Source of the DNA: Hypanus sabinus
Taxonomy: Eukaryota
Direction: 5' to 3'
DNA length: 64,000 nucleotides
Assembly: GCF_030144855.1 (NCBI RefSeq)
Contig: NC_082707.1
Coordinates: forward strand, 167,586,001-167,650,000
Shown one piece after another: positions 24,065 through 36,779 of the stretch. Under the pieces are notes generated by a model, which saw only the letters and a program-made list of their open reading frames with translations, was not told where the DNA came from and did not search any database. Made by a program: the position numbers and the translations under genes. Each line of letters starts with the position of its first letter. Positions within the stretch are counted from its first letter, which is position 1.

Positions 24065-25925
24065 ATATAGCCAGATGAAATTTGGAGAGGCAGAAGGGGC
24101 CATGAGAAGGCCTTGGCAGGCAAGATTAAGGAAAACCCCAAGGCATTCTACAAGTATATGAAGAACAAATTAAGATGTGAGAGAATAGGACCTATCAAGT
24201 GTGACAGTGGAAAAGTTCATATGGAACTGGAGGAGACAGCAGAGGTACTTAATGAGTACTTTGCTTCAGTATTCACTATAGAAAAGGATCTTGGTGATTG
24301 TAGGGATGACTTACAATGGACTGAAAAGCTTGAGCATGTAGATATTAAGGAAGAGGATGTGCTGGAGCTTTTGGAAAGCATGAAGTTGGATAAGTCACCA
24401 AGACAGGTCAAGATGTACCCTTGGCTACTGTGGGAGGCGAGGGAGGAAATCGCTGAGCCTCTGGCAATGATCTTTGCATCATCAGTGGGGACGGGAAAGG
24501 TTCCGGAGGATTGGAGGGTTGTGGATGTTGTTCCTTTATTCAAGAAAGGGAGTAGAGATAGTCCAGGAAATTATAGACTAGTTTGTCTTACTTCAGTGGT
24601 TGGTAAAGTTGATGGAAAAGATCCTGAGAGGCAGGATTTATGAACATTTGGAGAGGCATAATATGATTTGGAATAGTCAGCATGGCTTTGTCAAAGGCAA
24701 GTTGTGTCTTGAAATTTTTGAGGATGTGACTAAACACATTGATGAAGGAAGAGCAGTAGATGTGGTGTATATGGATTTCAGCAAGGCATTTGATAAGGTA
24801 CGCCATGCAAGGCTTATTGAGAAAGTAAGGAAGCATGGGATCCAAGGGGACATTGCTTTGTGGATCCAGAACTGGCTTGCCCACAGAGACAAAGAGTGGT
24901 TGTAGACGGGTCATATTCTGCATGGAGGTCAGTGATCAGTGGGGTGCCTCAGGGATCTGTTCTGGGACCCCTACTGCTTGTGATTTTTATAAATGACCTG
25001 GATGAGGAAGTGGAGGGATGGGTTAGTAAGTTTGCTGATGACACAAAGGTTAGAGGTTTTGTGGATAGTGTGGAGGGCTGTCAGAGGTTACAGCGGCATG
25101 TTGATAGGATGCAAAACTGGGCTGAGAAGCAGCAGATGGAGATCAGCCCAGATGAGTGTGAGATGGTTCATTTTGGTAGGTCAAATATGATGGCAGAATA
25201 TAGTATTAATGGTAAGACTCTTGGCAGTGTGGAGGATCAGAGGGATCTTGGGGTCCGAATCCATAGGACGCTGAAAGCTGCTGCGCAGGTTGATTCTTTG
25301 GTTATTTGGTTCTTGGTGTATTGGCCTTTATTGATTGTGGGGTTGAGTTTAAGAGCTGAGAGGTAATGTTACAGGTATATAGGACCCTGGTCAGACCCCA
25401 CTTGGAGTACTGTGCTCAGTTCTGGTCACCTCATTACAGGATACCATAGAAAGGGTTCAGAAGAGATTTACAAGGATGTTGCCTGGACTGGGGGGCATGC
25501 CTTATGAGAGTAGGTTGAGTGAACTCGGCCTTTTCTCCTTGGAGCAACGGAGGATGAGAGATGACCTGATAGAGGTGTAGAAGATGATGAAAAGCATTGA
25601 TCATGTGGATAGTCAGAGACTTTTTCTCAGGGCTGAAATGGGTAACACGAAGGGGCACAGTTTTAAGGTGCTTGGAAGTAGGTGCAGAGGAGATGTCAGG
25701 GGTAAGTTTTTTACACAAAGTGGCGAGTGCATGGAATGGGCTGCCTGCAACAGTGGTGGAGGTGGATACAATAGGGTCTTTTAAGAGACTCCTGGGTAGG
25801 TGCATGGAGCTTAGAAAAATAGAGAGCTATGGGTAACCCTATGTAATTTCTAAGGTAAAGACGTGTTGGCACAGCTTTGTGGGCTGAAGAGTCTGTATTG
25901 TGCTGTAGGTTTTCTGTGTTTCTAC
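24065..25925 (+). mobile_element. Nested, better-preserved CR1 (RT to 3' end)
   Basis: ORFs 24113..24643, 24600..24905 and 24860..25366 (GVPQGSVLGP..FADDTKV). Same 3' tail family as 8821-9497. Confidence 0.92.
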
Positions 25926-28192
25926 AATCAAAAGAGAAAACATATAATATAGCAAAAGTAAGTGGGAAGTTAGAGAATTGGGAAGCTTTTAAAAACCAAA
26001 ATAAGGCAACTGAAAAGCCACAAAGAGAGAAAAGATGAAATATGGAGGTAAGCTAACTAATAATATAAAAGAAGAACCAAACATTTTCTCAGATATATAA
26101 GGAGTAACAGCAAAATGAGAGTGGATATCAGACCACTGGAAAATAATGCTGAAGTGGTAGTAATGGGGACAGGGAAATGACAAATAATCTTAATGAGTAT
26201 TTTATGTCAGTCTTCACTGTGGAAGACACTAGCACTGTGCCAGAAATTCGAGAGTGTTAGGGGACAGAAGTGAAAGTAGATGCTATCACTAAGGAGAAGG
26301 TGCTTTGGAAGCTGAAAGGTCTGAAGGTGGATAAGCCACCTGGAGCAGATGGACTAGACTCCAGGGTTCTAAAAGAGGTAGCTGGAGAGAGTGTGGATGC
26401 ATTATTCATGATATTTCAGGAAACATTAAATTCTAGAATTGTTCCGGTTATAAATGTCACTCCACTCTTTAAGAAGGGAGGGAGGTGGAAAAAAGGAAAC
26501 AATAGGCCAGTTATCCTGACATAACTGGTTGCGAATATGTTGGAATCTATTATTAAGGATGAGGTTTCAGGGTATGGAGGCACTTGATATAATAGGCCAA
26601 AGTTGGCATGGTTTCCTTAAGGAGAAATCCTGCTTGACAAATCTGTTAGAATTCTTTGAGGAAGTAACAAGCAAGATAGGCAAAGGAGATTCAGTGGATG
26701 TTATGTACTTGGATTTTCAGAAGGCCTTTGATAAGATGCCACAGATAAGGCTGCTTAACAAGAAAAGAGCTCTTGGGCATATCGTATTACAGAAAATATA
26801 CTAGCAAGGATAGAAATTGGCTGAATAAAGGGCCTTTTCTGGTTGGCTTGCAGTGACCGATGGTGTTCCATAGGGGTCAGTGTAGGGATCACTTCTTTTC
26901 ACGTTATATGTTAACAATTTGGATGATGGATTTGACGGCATATGGGCAAACTTGCGGACAATAGGAAGATAGGTGGATTGGCAGGTGGTGGTGAGGAATC
27001 AGTGTGTCTGCAGAGATGGAATGTAGTGTAGGGAAGAGAATGGTCGCACAGTTTGGTAGAAGGAGTAAAGACATACTATTTTCTAAATGGGGAGAAAATT
27101 GAGGTGCAAAAAGGTGCAAAGAGACTTAGAAGTCCTTGTGCAGGAAGAGTCAGTAATAAGGAAGGCAAATACAATGTTAGCATTCATTTTGAGAGGACTG
27201 GAATATAAAAGCAAGGATGTAATGCTGAGGTTTTTTAAGGCATTGATCAGGCTGCACTTGGAGTATTCTGAGCAGTTTTGGGCCCCTTATTTAAGAAATT
27301 ATGTGTAAAGGAAGTTTACAAAAATGATTCTGGCATGAACATATGAGGAGCATTTGATGGCTCTGGGCCTACACTTGCTGGAGTTTAGAAGAATGGGGGG
27401 GATCTCACTGAAACCTATCGAATATTAAAAGGCCTAGATATAGAGTGGATTTTTGGGAATCCAGGACTAGAGGGAAAACTCTCAGAATAAATGGACGTCT
27501 ATTTAAAACAGAGAGGAGGAGGAGTGTAGAGAATCTGTGAAATTTAGTTCCACAGATGGCTGTGTGGGTAAAATCATTGGATATATTTAAAGAAAAGTTG
27601 ATACGTTCTTCATTAGTCAGGGCATCAAAGGTTATGGGGAGAAGGCAGGAGGACGGGTTGAGAGGGATAATAAGATATGATGGAATGGTGGAGCAGACTC
27701 AAAGGGCCAAATGGCCTGATTCTGCTGTGATGCTTTCTGGTTTTATATTTGAACACCTACCACAACCATTCTGTGTATGAGCACCAGCCAGTCACTCATC
27801 TGGAACAGTCAGGTTACTACAGATGCTGTTGGGACAGACGGGGTATATGTGGCGAATAATACACCTCCTTATTCCCCAAGCCTTTTTACAGTTTGCAAGG
27901 CACAAGTCAGAACTGTTTTACAATACAGTTGTCTGGAGGAGTAGAGCCTGAACAATACTCAAACTTAACACTATTCAGAGCAAAGCAGCTTTCTTGGTTG
28001 GTACCATCATCACATTTCTTCTCTCTACCAAATGCGGACTGTGGCTGTGGTGTATGCTGTACAGCCATTTGTGAAGGATTCATATACAGTACTTTCCAAG
28101 TTGATGTCATTTTCCAGATAGAACACCAAGAGCAGAAACTGCATGGAGGATCCACTACCTTCTGGTCCTTCCTCCAATTTCCAAAGATTCCT

Positions 28193-28490
28193 GCCGGCCA
28201 GTGGTGGAGTGGCATCCGCACCAGACCTTGAGGCGAGTGGTCCTGGGTTCGAACCTGGCTGGCTCCTTGTACGCTTTCCATCCTCGCTGGGTTGAGTGTC
28301 GAGCTAGCAACTCGGCCTCGTAAAAAAACTGGACAAAAATGCTAAGGAAACAGCAACACACACAAAATGCTGGTGGAACACAGCAGGCCAGGCAGCATCT
28401 ATAGGGAGAAGCACTGTCGACGTTTTGGGCCGCGAAACAGCAAGTTTGCTGCCTAATACTCGACAAGGCATGGAAGGAACAACAACAAAG
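28193..28490 (+). mobile_element. tRNA-derived SINE with RTE-like body, interrupted by a Penelope terminal-repeat fragment (28357-28433)
   Basis: A box TGGTGGAGTGG, B box GGTTCGAACC, GGGTTG..GCTAGCAACTCGGCCTCGTAAAAA and a (CAA)n tail. The insert is flanked by GAAACAGCAA on both sides. Confidence 0.72.
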
Positions 28491-28859
28491 ATGCTTACTT
28501 GCTGATAAAATATTTTTGCTTTGTCGTCACTAAGTTTAACATAGTGGAACTGCCAACCTAACGGCATCACAGGACAACAATCACTCTTGGCACTGCTGCA
28601 ATTCAGGGCAAATGTCTTCTATTTCCTCAAGGCTTGTTGGGATGGACAGTAAATGTTGCCCTGGCCAATAATGCCCCCATCCCATGTTTGAATAAAAATG
28701 AAATGCAATGTATAGCTATAGTGAAAGATTTGGAAATGTGTTGGTAAAAGTGCTAATTATTACTTTAGATGCCAAAAATGTGGCTTGTTATGAATGTGTC
28801 TATCAAAGTGTAGAGTAAAGTTTTTTTTTTAATGATCTCGTACCTAACAAAATTCTATC

Positions 28860-29056
28860 ATGGACGGTCCAAAGCCCTACTGCGAATGGAGGAGGGTTGG
28901 CATGAGGCTAGCAAGCCCATCCCATAAAAACCCTCTGCTGCAGAAATATCAACAGGAACTTGAAAGATCTCATCCCTCGGGGAGGAAGGATCTTCAATGA
29001 GCTACACCTGGAAAGACAGACCAGGGACAGAGGACCCTGGCGAGCTGCTGTCAGCA
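28860..29056 (+). mobile_element. RTE-derived bipartite non-autonomous element, copy 2
   Basis: Colinear with 11585-11822. Confidence 0.6.
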
Positions 29057-29793
29057 TACGATTACGAGTACCTAACAAAGCAAACAAGCCTGGCATGCTT
29101 AGCTCTGTATTCTGGATGGAATACTCAATCGGAAATTAGGGTAAAGCAAAGGGAACACTTTGTCAGGTAGTATTGTACTATTACTGTTGTACACAGGTAG
29201 TATTTGTATCACTTGACTAATGTATTAAAATAAGCCCAGGCACTTCACAGGAGTGTTATCAGACAGAATAATAAGCATGAAAGGGGAGACTAGGCTTGTA
29301 TCAGCTCCTTTTCTGTTCTCTCTGTGGGATTAAGGTGCTGGTGAGAACTCCATCCTTGCATCTTGGCCAGAAGCTCATTTCTCCAAAAAGCAAGGTCAAG
29401 TATAAGGGCTTTGAATACCTCAGCATTAGGGCCAATGTGTGTCAGAGCTTTCCGATATGGCCCAAGGGTGGTGGGGGGGAGAGAGATATCAACAGTTCAC
29501 TGACCTAAATGAGAACTGCAGCAGGATTTAAAGGAAAAGGAAATCTATAAATGCTTGGTCAACAGGGCCATTAACTAGAACTCTCAAACTGAAAGTTAAA
29601 TGCCAATACTGTGGCTGAAAATAATACTAAACACTAAATGAAAAACTGCTCCTTTCCAGCATCAGTCAAAATGGTGGGCCTCTTTCCTGGACAGGTACAA
29701 AGGTAAGAGTGAGTGTAAAAATATTGTTATTTTTGGTCAAATCTCAACAACATTACAAGGAAAAGAGAGTTTAATACTGCTATAATGAAACCG

Positions 29794-29896
29794 TGATTAG
29801 CTGGAATGTGCATATTCACAAGCGCAGTTGTTGAACCTGAAGTGCAACTGGCCTGCGGGGCAAATAGACCCTACAGCAAAATCCATGGTTGTGACA
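29794..29896 (-). mobile_element. ~100-bp 5' part of the chromovirus LTR seen at 8717 and 11374
   Basis: Minus strand TGTCACAACCATGG..GCTGTAGGGTCTAT..ATGCACATTCCAGCTAAT matches 11374-11465. Confidence 0.7.
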
Positions 29897-30157
29897 GTAC
29901 AAAATAATAACAGCAGAAGCTCAGAAGATATAGTACTATAATTCTCGCAGATTGCTTTTTCCATAAATCCACAGGCTTTGCGTTCAGTCTGCGTCACACT
30001 GGTCTGGACAGACTCAATGGGCTGCTAATTCTGCTCATATGTCCTTTGTCTAATTCAATAGCCCTGGCAGTATTAACATACAAGCAAAACACTGCAAAAA
30101 ATGCCAACAATTTATGTAAATACTGTATGTCAGTACAAAATCCAACCTGATCTTTTC

Positions 30158-30455
30158 ATCTGAGTCATTTGGTTGTGGAATTAAGTCCCACTCTAGCTGA
30201 AGATTTTGGCTGGCACTCCAATCTAGTGCCGTTGGAGCTGTTTTTATGATAAGCAATTAAACCATGGGCATGTTTATTCTCCCGGTTTGATGTTCCCATT
30301 GAAGTGGAGTAAATATTGCTGTGCCCAAATTGTGGCCGCTTTCCCTAGTTTATAATTGTGACTACACTTATAAACTATTTAATTAGCTGCAAAACACTGC
30401 TGCATGTATTGAAAATTTCATTGAATGCTTGGCATATGTACATGCTAATCTTTCT
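30158..30455 (+). mobile_element. Ancient DeuSINE copy with internal deletions
   Basis: ctgagtca..ggttgtgg..aagtcccactc..ttgctgtgcccaaattg..gtgactacactt..atgctaatctttc. Confidence 0.62.
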
Positions 30456-30630
30456 GTCATGAGCATCTTTAAGTGATCTGATGTCAATGCTGAGTTACCT
30501 AGATGCATGGCAAACACAAAACAATTTGAAATATGATCTGCAAATTTGCAGAGTGAATTTGTACCTCAGGCAAAATATGCTCAGATAATAGATCAAGCAT
30601 TCCTGTTGCTCAGGATACAAGGGCTAAAGG

Positions 30631-30851
30631 TGTGGTGAACTACATATACCTGTCTGGACACGCCCCCCCCCACCCCCACTGACTGCTCCTGTGGCTCCTC
30701 CCACAGACCCCGGTATAAAGGCGATTGGAGGCACAGCTCCTTCCTCAGTCTCCAGGATGTTGTGTGGTGGTCTCTTGCTGCTGACGGTGCTTTCTTCCAG
30801 CCAATAAAAGCCTACCTTGACTCACGTCTCCGAGTTATTGATGGTGCATCA
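30631..30851 (+). mobile_element. Short solo LTR (221 bp)
   Basis: TG..CA ends, 5-bp TSD AAAGG (30626-30630 and 30852-30856), TATAAA at 30714, AATAAA at 30803. Confidence 0.9.
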
Positions 30852-32213
30852 AAAGGTGTATGTACACATTATTCAGACTAATAGCTGCAATGTTTGACTT
30901 CATCCAGGCAGATTTTTTTGCGCAGTTTACACCTGCCAAACGGGAATATTAAAAGGATAATTATTAGATTAGGTACCACTTGTGGGGAACATCATCTAAT
31001 ACCAATGCTGTTGCAAATTCATGCCAACCTATCACCGATATACTGATATGCACCGATAAGAAAGATTCCCTACTGCTCCTACACATTTGGACGATTATCC
31101 CCAAACATAATATTAAGAGTTAGGCAGGCCTGGATATTCTCTGCATTTGGCTGCCTTCCAGCAATAAGGAATTATATACTTACAAATCAGGGCAAGAACA
31201 TTTAGGTTTAAAACATATTGATGTTTGTAAGGGATGACATAAACTTTAAGAGATTGAACACTCTGTAGAATAAATTTTGATACTCTATTGAGTTTTCTGG
31301 TGAAAACTAGGGATTAATAGTGTTGATTGTCCAGGTAGGGTGAGTGTCCCTTAAGTCATATGCCTGCAAATTTGCAAAAGTAATTACAGTAGACTTGGTG
31401 CAACATTAGTGAGGACACATGACTGGGAGAAAAGGATAAGCAGGGCAGAACAAGCTAGAAGTAGGGAGGTCAATGGAGGAAGAAGAAGGACAGCACACAC
31501 ATTGCATCAGCACTGTTTAGGGAGCAGTATCCCTGCTTGGATCTAAGTCTATCTAAATGACAGGTCTCCTCTAAAATGTGCAACTTCATGCAGCTTCACA
31601 GCAGGGTAGGGATGACAGGGCCAACGTTGGCAATGAATGTTTTTTTTTGTACCAGATTCCTCTCAGGCAGAGCTGAATAGGAGAACAATGATTATTGAAT
31701 GTGGCAGTGATTATTGGTCGGTTGCTGGCAGGTTTATGTTAATAACCTTAGTAATGTATTAAGCCACCTTAATTTTTTTAAGAAGTACACACTAAATAGA
31801 AATAAACAAATGTTGAGACTCTGTTTGCTCCTGAATGTAGTACAACCAGTTCTAGCTCTATTTTAACACCAACTAAACATAGTTATGAAGAAGGCAAAGG
31901 TCAAAAAAAATATTTTTAGGGAGGCTGCATCTGTTTCGCTAGTGTTGTGTATTCTGATCATTTACCAACACTTCCAATTATCATGACGATAAGAATGAGG
32001 ACAATTATTGTGAAAGAAGTAACAGAAACATTTATAAATTCGGTAATCTCCTAGATATTTTCCTTTTTGACCTGCTCTGCTTAAGTAAGTCAATTTAGCA
32101 CAGTACCTATTATTCTTGTTCAGGCAATTCCAAGCTAAAGCAAATTAATATCTTTATGTTTTATAGAAAATTGTCAATGATTGATTACGTTAAGTAAAAT
32201 GGCTGAGGAATGT

Positions 32214-33079
32214 TTCATTTCCGGAGCTGATTATCTGTTATTTGTGAAGTGGGGTGCCGTGCGCAATCATAATTGATAGAAAACGGACATGGTAGCACGG
32301 AGGAACATTGGGAAATCTCCAGGAAGACCTTCTTCGTTGCTGCTGCTGCTGTGAGGTCCGGGACTCTGCTGGGAAGAACAGGCCCCCAGTCCTCGGGGTC
32401 GCGTTGGCGTGGCCGTCTTAATACGCTCGGCAGAGGATGGTGCTTGGAGAAGCTGTGCCGGAGGGGATGGCCGGAGACTCGAAGGTTCGCTGCGGTCAGG
32501 TCACTTTTGGTGTGTGCTGTGTCTGCGAGGCTGGTTTCGACGGAGCTTTCAATGTGTGCTGCGTCTGCGAGGCTGAGTCGGGCGGCGCCGTGGAAGTCCA
32601 TAGCGGGGGTATTCCCTTCTACTGCCAGTGTGGGATTCTGAGTCTGTTGGGACCCTGGGGACTTGTGGAAACTGGTGATTTCTTTTGAACTTATAGTCTT
32701 TTAACATCTTTGGACTATTTTTACTGTGCCCATGGTCTGTTTTTTTTTAATCAATTATGCTATTGTTTGCACTGTTGTAACTATATGTTGTAATTATGTG
32801 GTTTTGTGCAGGTCTTGTAGCTTTAGTTTTTGGTCTTGTTTTGTCTGGTGGATTCGGAGCTCCTTTCCGGGGAACGTGCTAAGACGGTAGCGCGATATTA
32901 ATACCCAGCAGCCTCTCTGGACTCTGGATTGGGGATTGCCAAATGTTATATGGATTTTCTGGTGTAGTCTGTTTTGTCATATGCTTTTGTGATATCATTC
33001 TGGAGGAACGTTGTCTCATTTTTTAACTGCATCGCATTTGTGGTTTCTAAATGACAATAAACTGAATCTGAATCTGAAT
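32214..33079 (+). mobile_element. Unclassified CpG-rich non-autonomous retroelement with (TGAATC)n tail
   Basis: Abrupt GC/CpG-rich 5' half, T-rich 3' half, ends aataaactgaatctgaatctgaat. Internal ~25-bp direct repeat tgtgtgctg(t/c)gtctgcgaggctg. No recognisable protein. Confidence 0.6.
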
Positions 33080-33770
33080 TTTGCAGTGATGTAAATGGAG
33101 GTTAAGTTTTTCTTATTAAAATGGCTTTACCAAAAGTGACTCCCACTCAGCCTAGAAAATAGCATCACATTTTCCAAACAGAGCAGGCTAGATTTTGCAA
33201 ACTTATGCTAGAATTGGGTAAGGAATTCCAAATATCCATTTCATAGTATTTTTCACTTTGTGAGGAAAGTTTTTTGTGACTATGTCTAAGAGAATGAATC
33301 AACATCAACTGCCCACCTCTAATTGTCACAACAAAATACCGAATCTTACAATCCTTTTGGGAAAGACATTCCTAGAATACTGTAGGTAAAGGAGTTCCAG
33401 GATTTATACCCTATGATGTTGAAGGACCATTACAGACCAGACTGATGTACAATCCTATAGGGAACCTAAAGGTAATGGTGCTCCAAAATGTCCTTCTTTC
33501 TGGCAAGTGCTAGGGATTCGACATGTGCCGTTGGAATTCAGATCTACTCAGACCTGAATAACAATCAGTGACCAAGTCACATGTGGAAGGGTACCTGGTC
33601 ATCTTTAAGCTGCCATCAAATATGAAATCAAAGCTCAGTATGACTTTATGCTTTCTGCTGAGGAAGGTTACCAATAAATTGTTAGAAAGCTTTATGTTAT
33701 TCAACTTAATACTTTGTTTATTATTATGCCTCCTGTCTCTGGTGCCACACATAGATCAAGATAAGCTAAT

Positions 33771-35722
33771 TGTTGTGTATGTAATATTTCATTAATACTT
33801 GAGTAATCTTGTGTTTATAATGGTTGATTAAGCATTCTTGTTCATTTAAATAATTCATTACGGGTTATATGTATAAATACGTGAATTGCATATGTCATCA
33901 CTCTTCCACGTGATATGTGTGCACCTCACTTAAAGTAAGCTTGAAGTAAGACACACGGTTTGAACTCCTGTGTCTTCCTTTTGAATTAGTTTAAAGTTTT
34001 GAAATTACAAAACCTAAGAATAGCGATGGGGTATTTTTAGAATGAACCTGAGAACCTGTTGAAGCTTAACGAGAAACCTGAACTAAAAACAAATGCAGCG
34101 AGAGACAGTCAAGTAACAAAATGAAGTACAGAATCTGTTCTTTGAAGGGAAGACGCAATTGAATTTTTAGAATTTTTTTTAAAAAGTCAGAAATCAAAAG
34201 GATTTACAGGTACCTGGTGATAATAATCATTAAGAAAAAGAGCAGAAATGACTGGCTACATCAGAAAGATAGATATGTTTGATTACACAAAAGATAGCTG
34301 GATTTTATATACTGAGCAAATTGAACAGAATCTTGAAGCAAATGAAATAGCCAATGAGAAACAAGTACCAATTTTGTTGAGTGCATTGGGTTTGCTTCAA
34401 AATTTAATTGCTCCAACCAATCCAGCAGAAATGAGCTTTGCTGATATCGTGAACTTTTAATGCAGGAACATTTAGAATTGAAGCCATTATTGACTGCAGG
34501 TTTCATAAACGGAATCAAAAGGAAGGGGAGTCCATTTCAGCATATGTGGCTGAATTCAAGAGAGTGAGCATTGTCAGTTTGGTAATGGGCTTAATGATAT
34601 AGTAAGAGATCATTTAGTTTGTGGAATCTTATAAGCATTCAAAAACAGTTGCCAACTGAAGCGCAGCTTACATTTTTTTAAAAAGTTGAAATTACTGTTC
34701 CTTTGGAAACCACAGACAGACACAATTGAGTTGCAGTCAGGAATGAAAATGAGCATGAACAAAATTGCAACGTCTGAGCAGAAACCAGCCTGGCCAAATA
34801 AATTGTGTCACCGTTGTGGCAGGGGCTCACATACACCAGACCAATGCAGGTTTAAAAGCAGAACTTGCAAAAAATGCAGCAAAGTAGGTCACGCACAAAA
34901 AGCGTGCCTGGCAGACAAAATTAAGTGGATTGTACAGAGAAGAGAAAAAGATTTTAAAAAAAGGAAAGTTCAATTTCAAAAAGAGCACCAATCTGCACGA
35001 TGTTGATGGAAACCTGATGATGGTGTGAGTAACACAGGACTGTGTAGCCGTGAGATTTACAGTAGACAAGCAATATGGCTAACATCAGAAGTAATGGCAA
35101 CTGAATTAAAATTGAATTGGACACTGGTTCAGCTGTTTCAGTAATTCCACAAAATGAGCTTGAATGGCATTTCAAAGATACTGAACTGAAGCCTGCAGAT
35201 ATCCAACTAAGAGCTTATACAGGAGAAAGGATGACTTCTGTGGGAACTTTATTAGTTATAGTGAAATAGAACAACCAGCAAACCACATTATGCTTGTATC
35301 TGGTAAAAACTGAAGGACCTGCATTGTAGGGCTGTGTTTGGCAGAGATGATTGGAGATCCATCCACCATTTGCATGCCACATCCCCTGCAACAGAGTCAA
35401 CTGAAAGCAAAATAGGAAAGGTGCTGGATGATACCACTGCAGTGCTCAAGGATGGCATTGGAAAACTCATGCATATCAAGGCTAAAATGGTGTTAAAGGA
35501 AAAAGCAGCACCCAAGTTTTACAAAGCTTGTCCAGTTCCTTATACCATCCGTGATAAAGTAGTCAGTAAGCTAGATTGCATGGAGGCTGAAAGATTTCTT
35601 TTCAAGGTTGACTGGAGCACACGGGCATTGCCAGTGATCTCAGTAGCCAAGAAGGATGGGCCTGTCAGGATCTGTGGTGACTTTCAGGCCACCACGCGCC
35701 CAGTACTGAAAGTAGATCAATG
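33771..35722 (+). mobile_element. 5' half of a Gypsy element (K02A2.6/Mag-like): LTR, PBS, gag with CCHC knuckles, protease, start of RT
   Basis: LTR from TGTTGTGTAT. PBS-like TAGCGATGGG at 34021. Gag 'IDMFDYTKDSWILYTEQIEQ', 'RNQKEGESISAYVAE', 'CHRCGRGSH..CRFKSRTCKKCSKVGH'. Protease 'ELDTGSAVSVI'. RT 'KKDGPVRICGDF'. Many frameshifts. Confidence 0.9.
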
Positions 35723-36480
35723 TGAAATGTAAATGTAAGTATGGGTTAAACACTGAGTTGCATGCGAGCAGAATTTCAGACATACCTGAAAAACAACATT
35801 AGCATAAAAAGGGTGCTAAGAGGGGAAGTGTTGAAATTGTGGCTTCTATCAAACATATCAGAGAGGGGCTGCTTGGGTGAGGCCAGAAAAAACACAGGAT
35901 GTAAACAAATTTCTCTGGAAATAAGTGTAGTTGTTCTTTATCCACTCATTCACAAGATGTGGCTGTTTCTGTCTCAGCCAGCAGTTACTGCTCTTCTTAA
36001 ATTGCCGCTGAACTGCAATGCTTGTTGGATTATTTGGAAGGGCAGCTAAGAGTCAGTGAGTGTGACAATGAATAATAGGAATGGCTTCTGATCTATATAG
36101 AGATCTGTTAGTTGGGTCAACAGAGTCAGAGTACTGTGATGCAGTTAGCAGCAAATGATTATGGACGGTAAACACAGGAACTTGACCATAAGTTCTGCAT
36201 TACAAATTCAGTTTTAAATTGTCCCATTGAAAAAAGTGATAGTCATTTTCAAAGCAGGGTAATGGAACGCAATGTGAGAAATCTCCATTTGTTTGAGATA
36301 AGCAATTAAAATTAATGAACAGTACTTGTACAATATTATGAGTTCCATTTATTACTTGAAGGTATTTGTTGCAATCATGTTTTTCAGTACAGAGAGCGGA
36401 CTGTGTGCAAAAGCAGCTAACATGAAATATGAGAACAGGTGAACAGTTACAGGTGTTAGACTCTGGAAGTACATCTTCCT

Positions 36481-36550
36481 TTTCTTTGAATTGTACCATG
36501 GAATGTTGATAACTCACCTGCCCTAAATAGACTTCAGTTTAACCTCTTCC
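36481..36550 (-). mobile_element. Short Deu-domain SINE remnant
   Basis: Minus strand gttaaactga..caggtg..ttccatggtacaattcaaagaa, similar to 21028-21110. Confidence 0.4.
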
Positions 36551-36779
36551 TGCCTCCTGTGAAGCACATCAGAACATGCTTCCAAATGAGTCTACCAGAT
36601 CCATAAAGCATTGGGAGTAGTTCCTCTCCAGGAGTGTAGATTATCTGAAAGACCAAATACTCATTATTAATACAGGTTATTAAAAATATCACGGACATTT
36701 CATCAGACAGCTACTCATTTATCAGAGCAGACTTTCAGGCTCAGAAAGATTATGAATGTAAACAAGCACAAAATATAAA

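Larger units (their letters stand above)
21930..27745 (+). mobile_element. Long decayed CR1 (ORF1 esterase, endonuclease, RT, 3' end) hosting Penelope and CR1 insertions
   Basis: 'VHIGTND' esterase remnant at ~21962, 'VMGDFNMQVD', 'VEPTRENAI', 'YLDFQKAFDKMP', and a 3' tail at ~27740. Confidence 0.85.

Noticed and set aside
31656-31731. Possible exon (DSSQAELNRRTMIIECGSDYWSVAG)
   Set aside because: The acceptor is plausible, but the donor (gtttat) is weak and I recognise no homology.
32215-32688. Overlapping 83-128 aa ORFs as genes
   Set aside because: Expected by chance in GC-rich sequence, no domain, and they lie within a repeat-like element.
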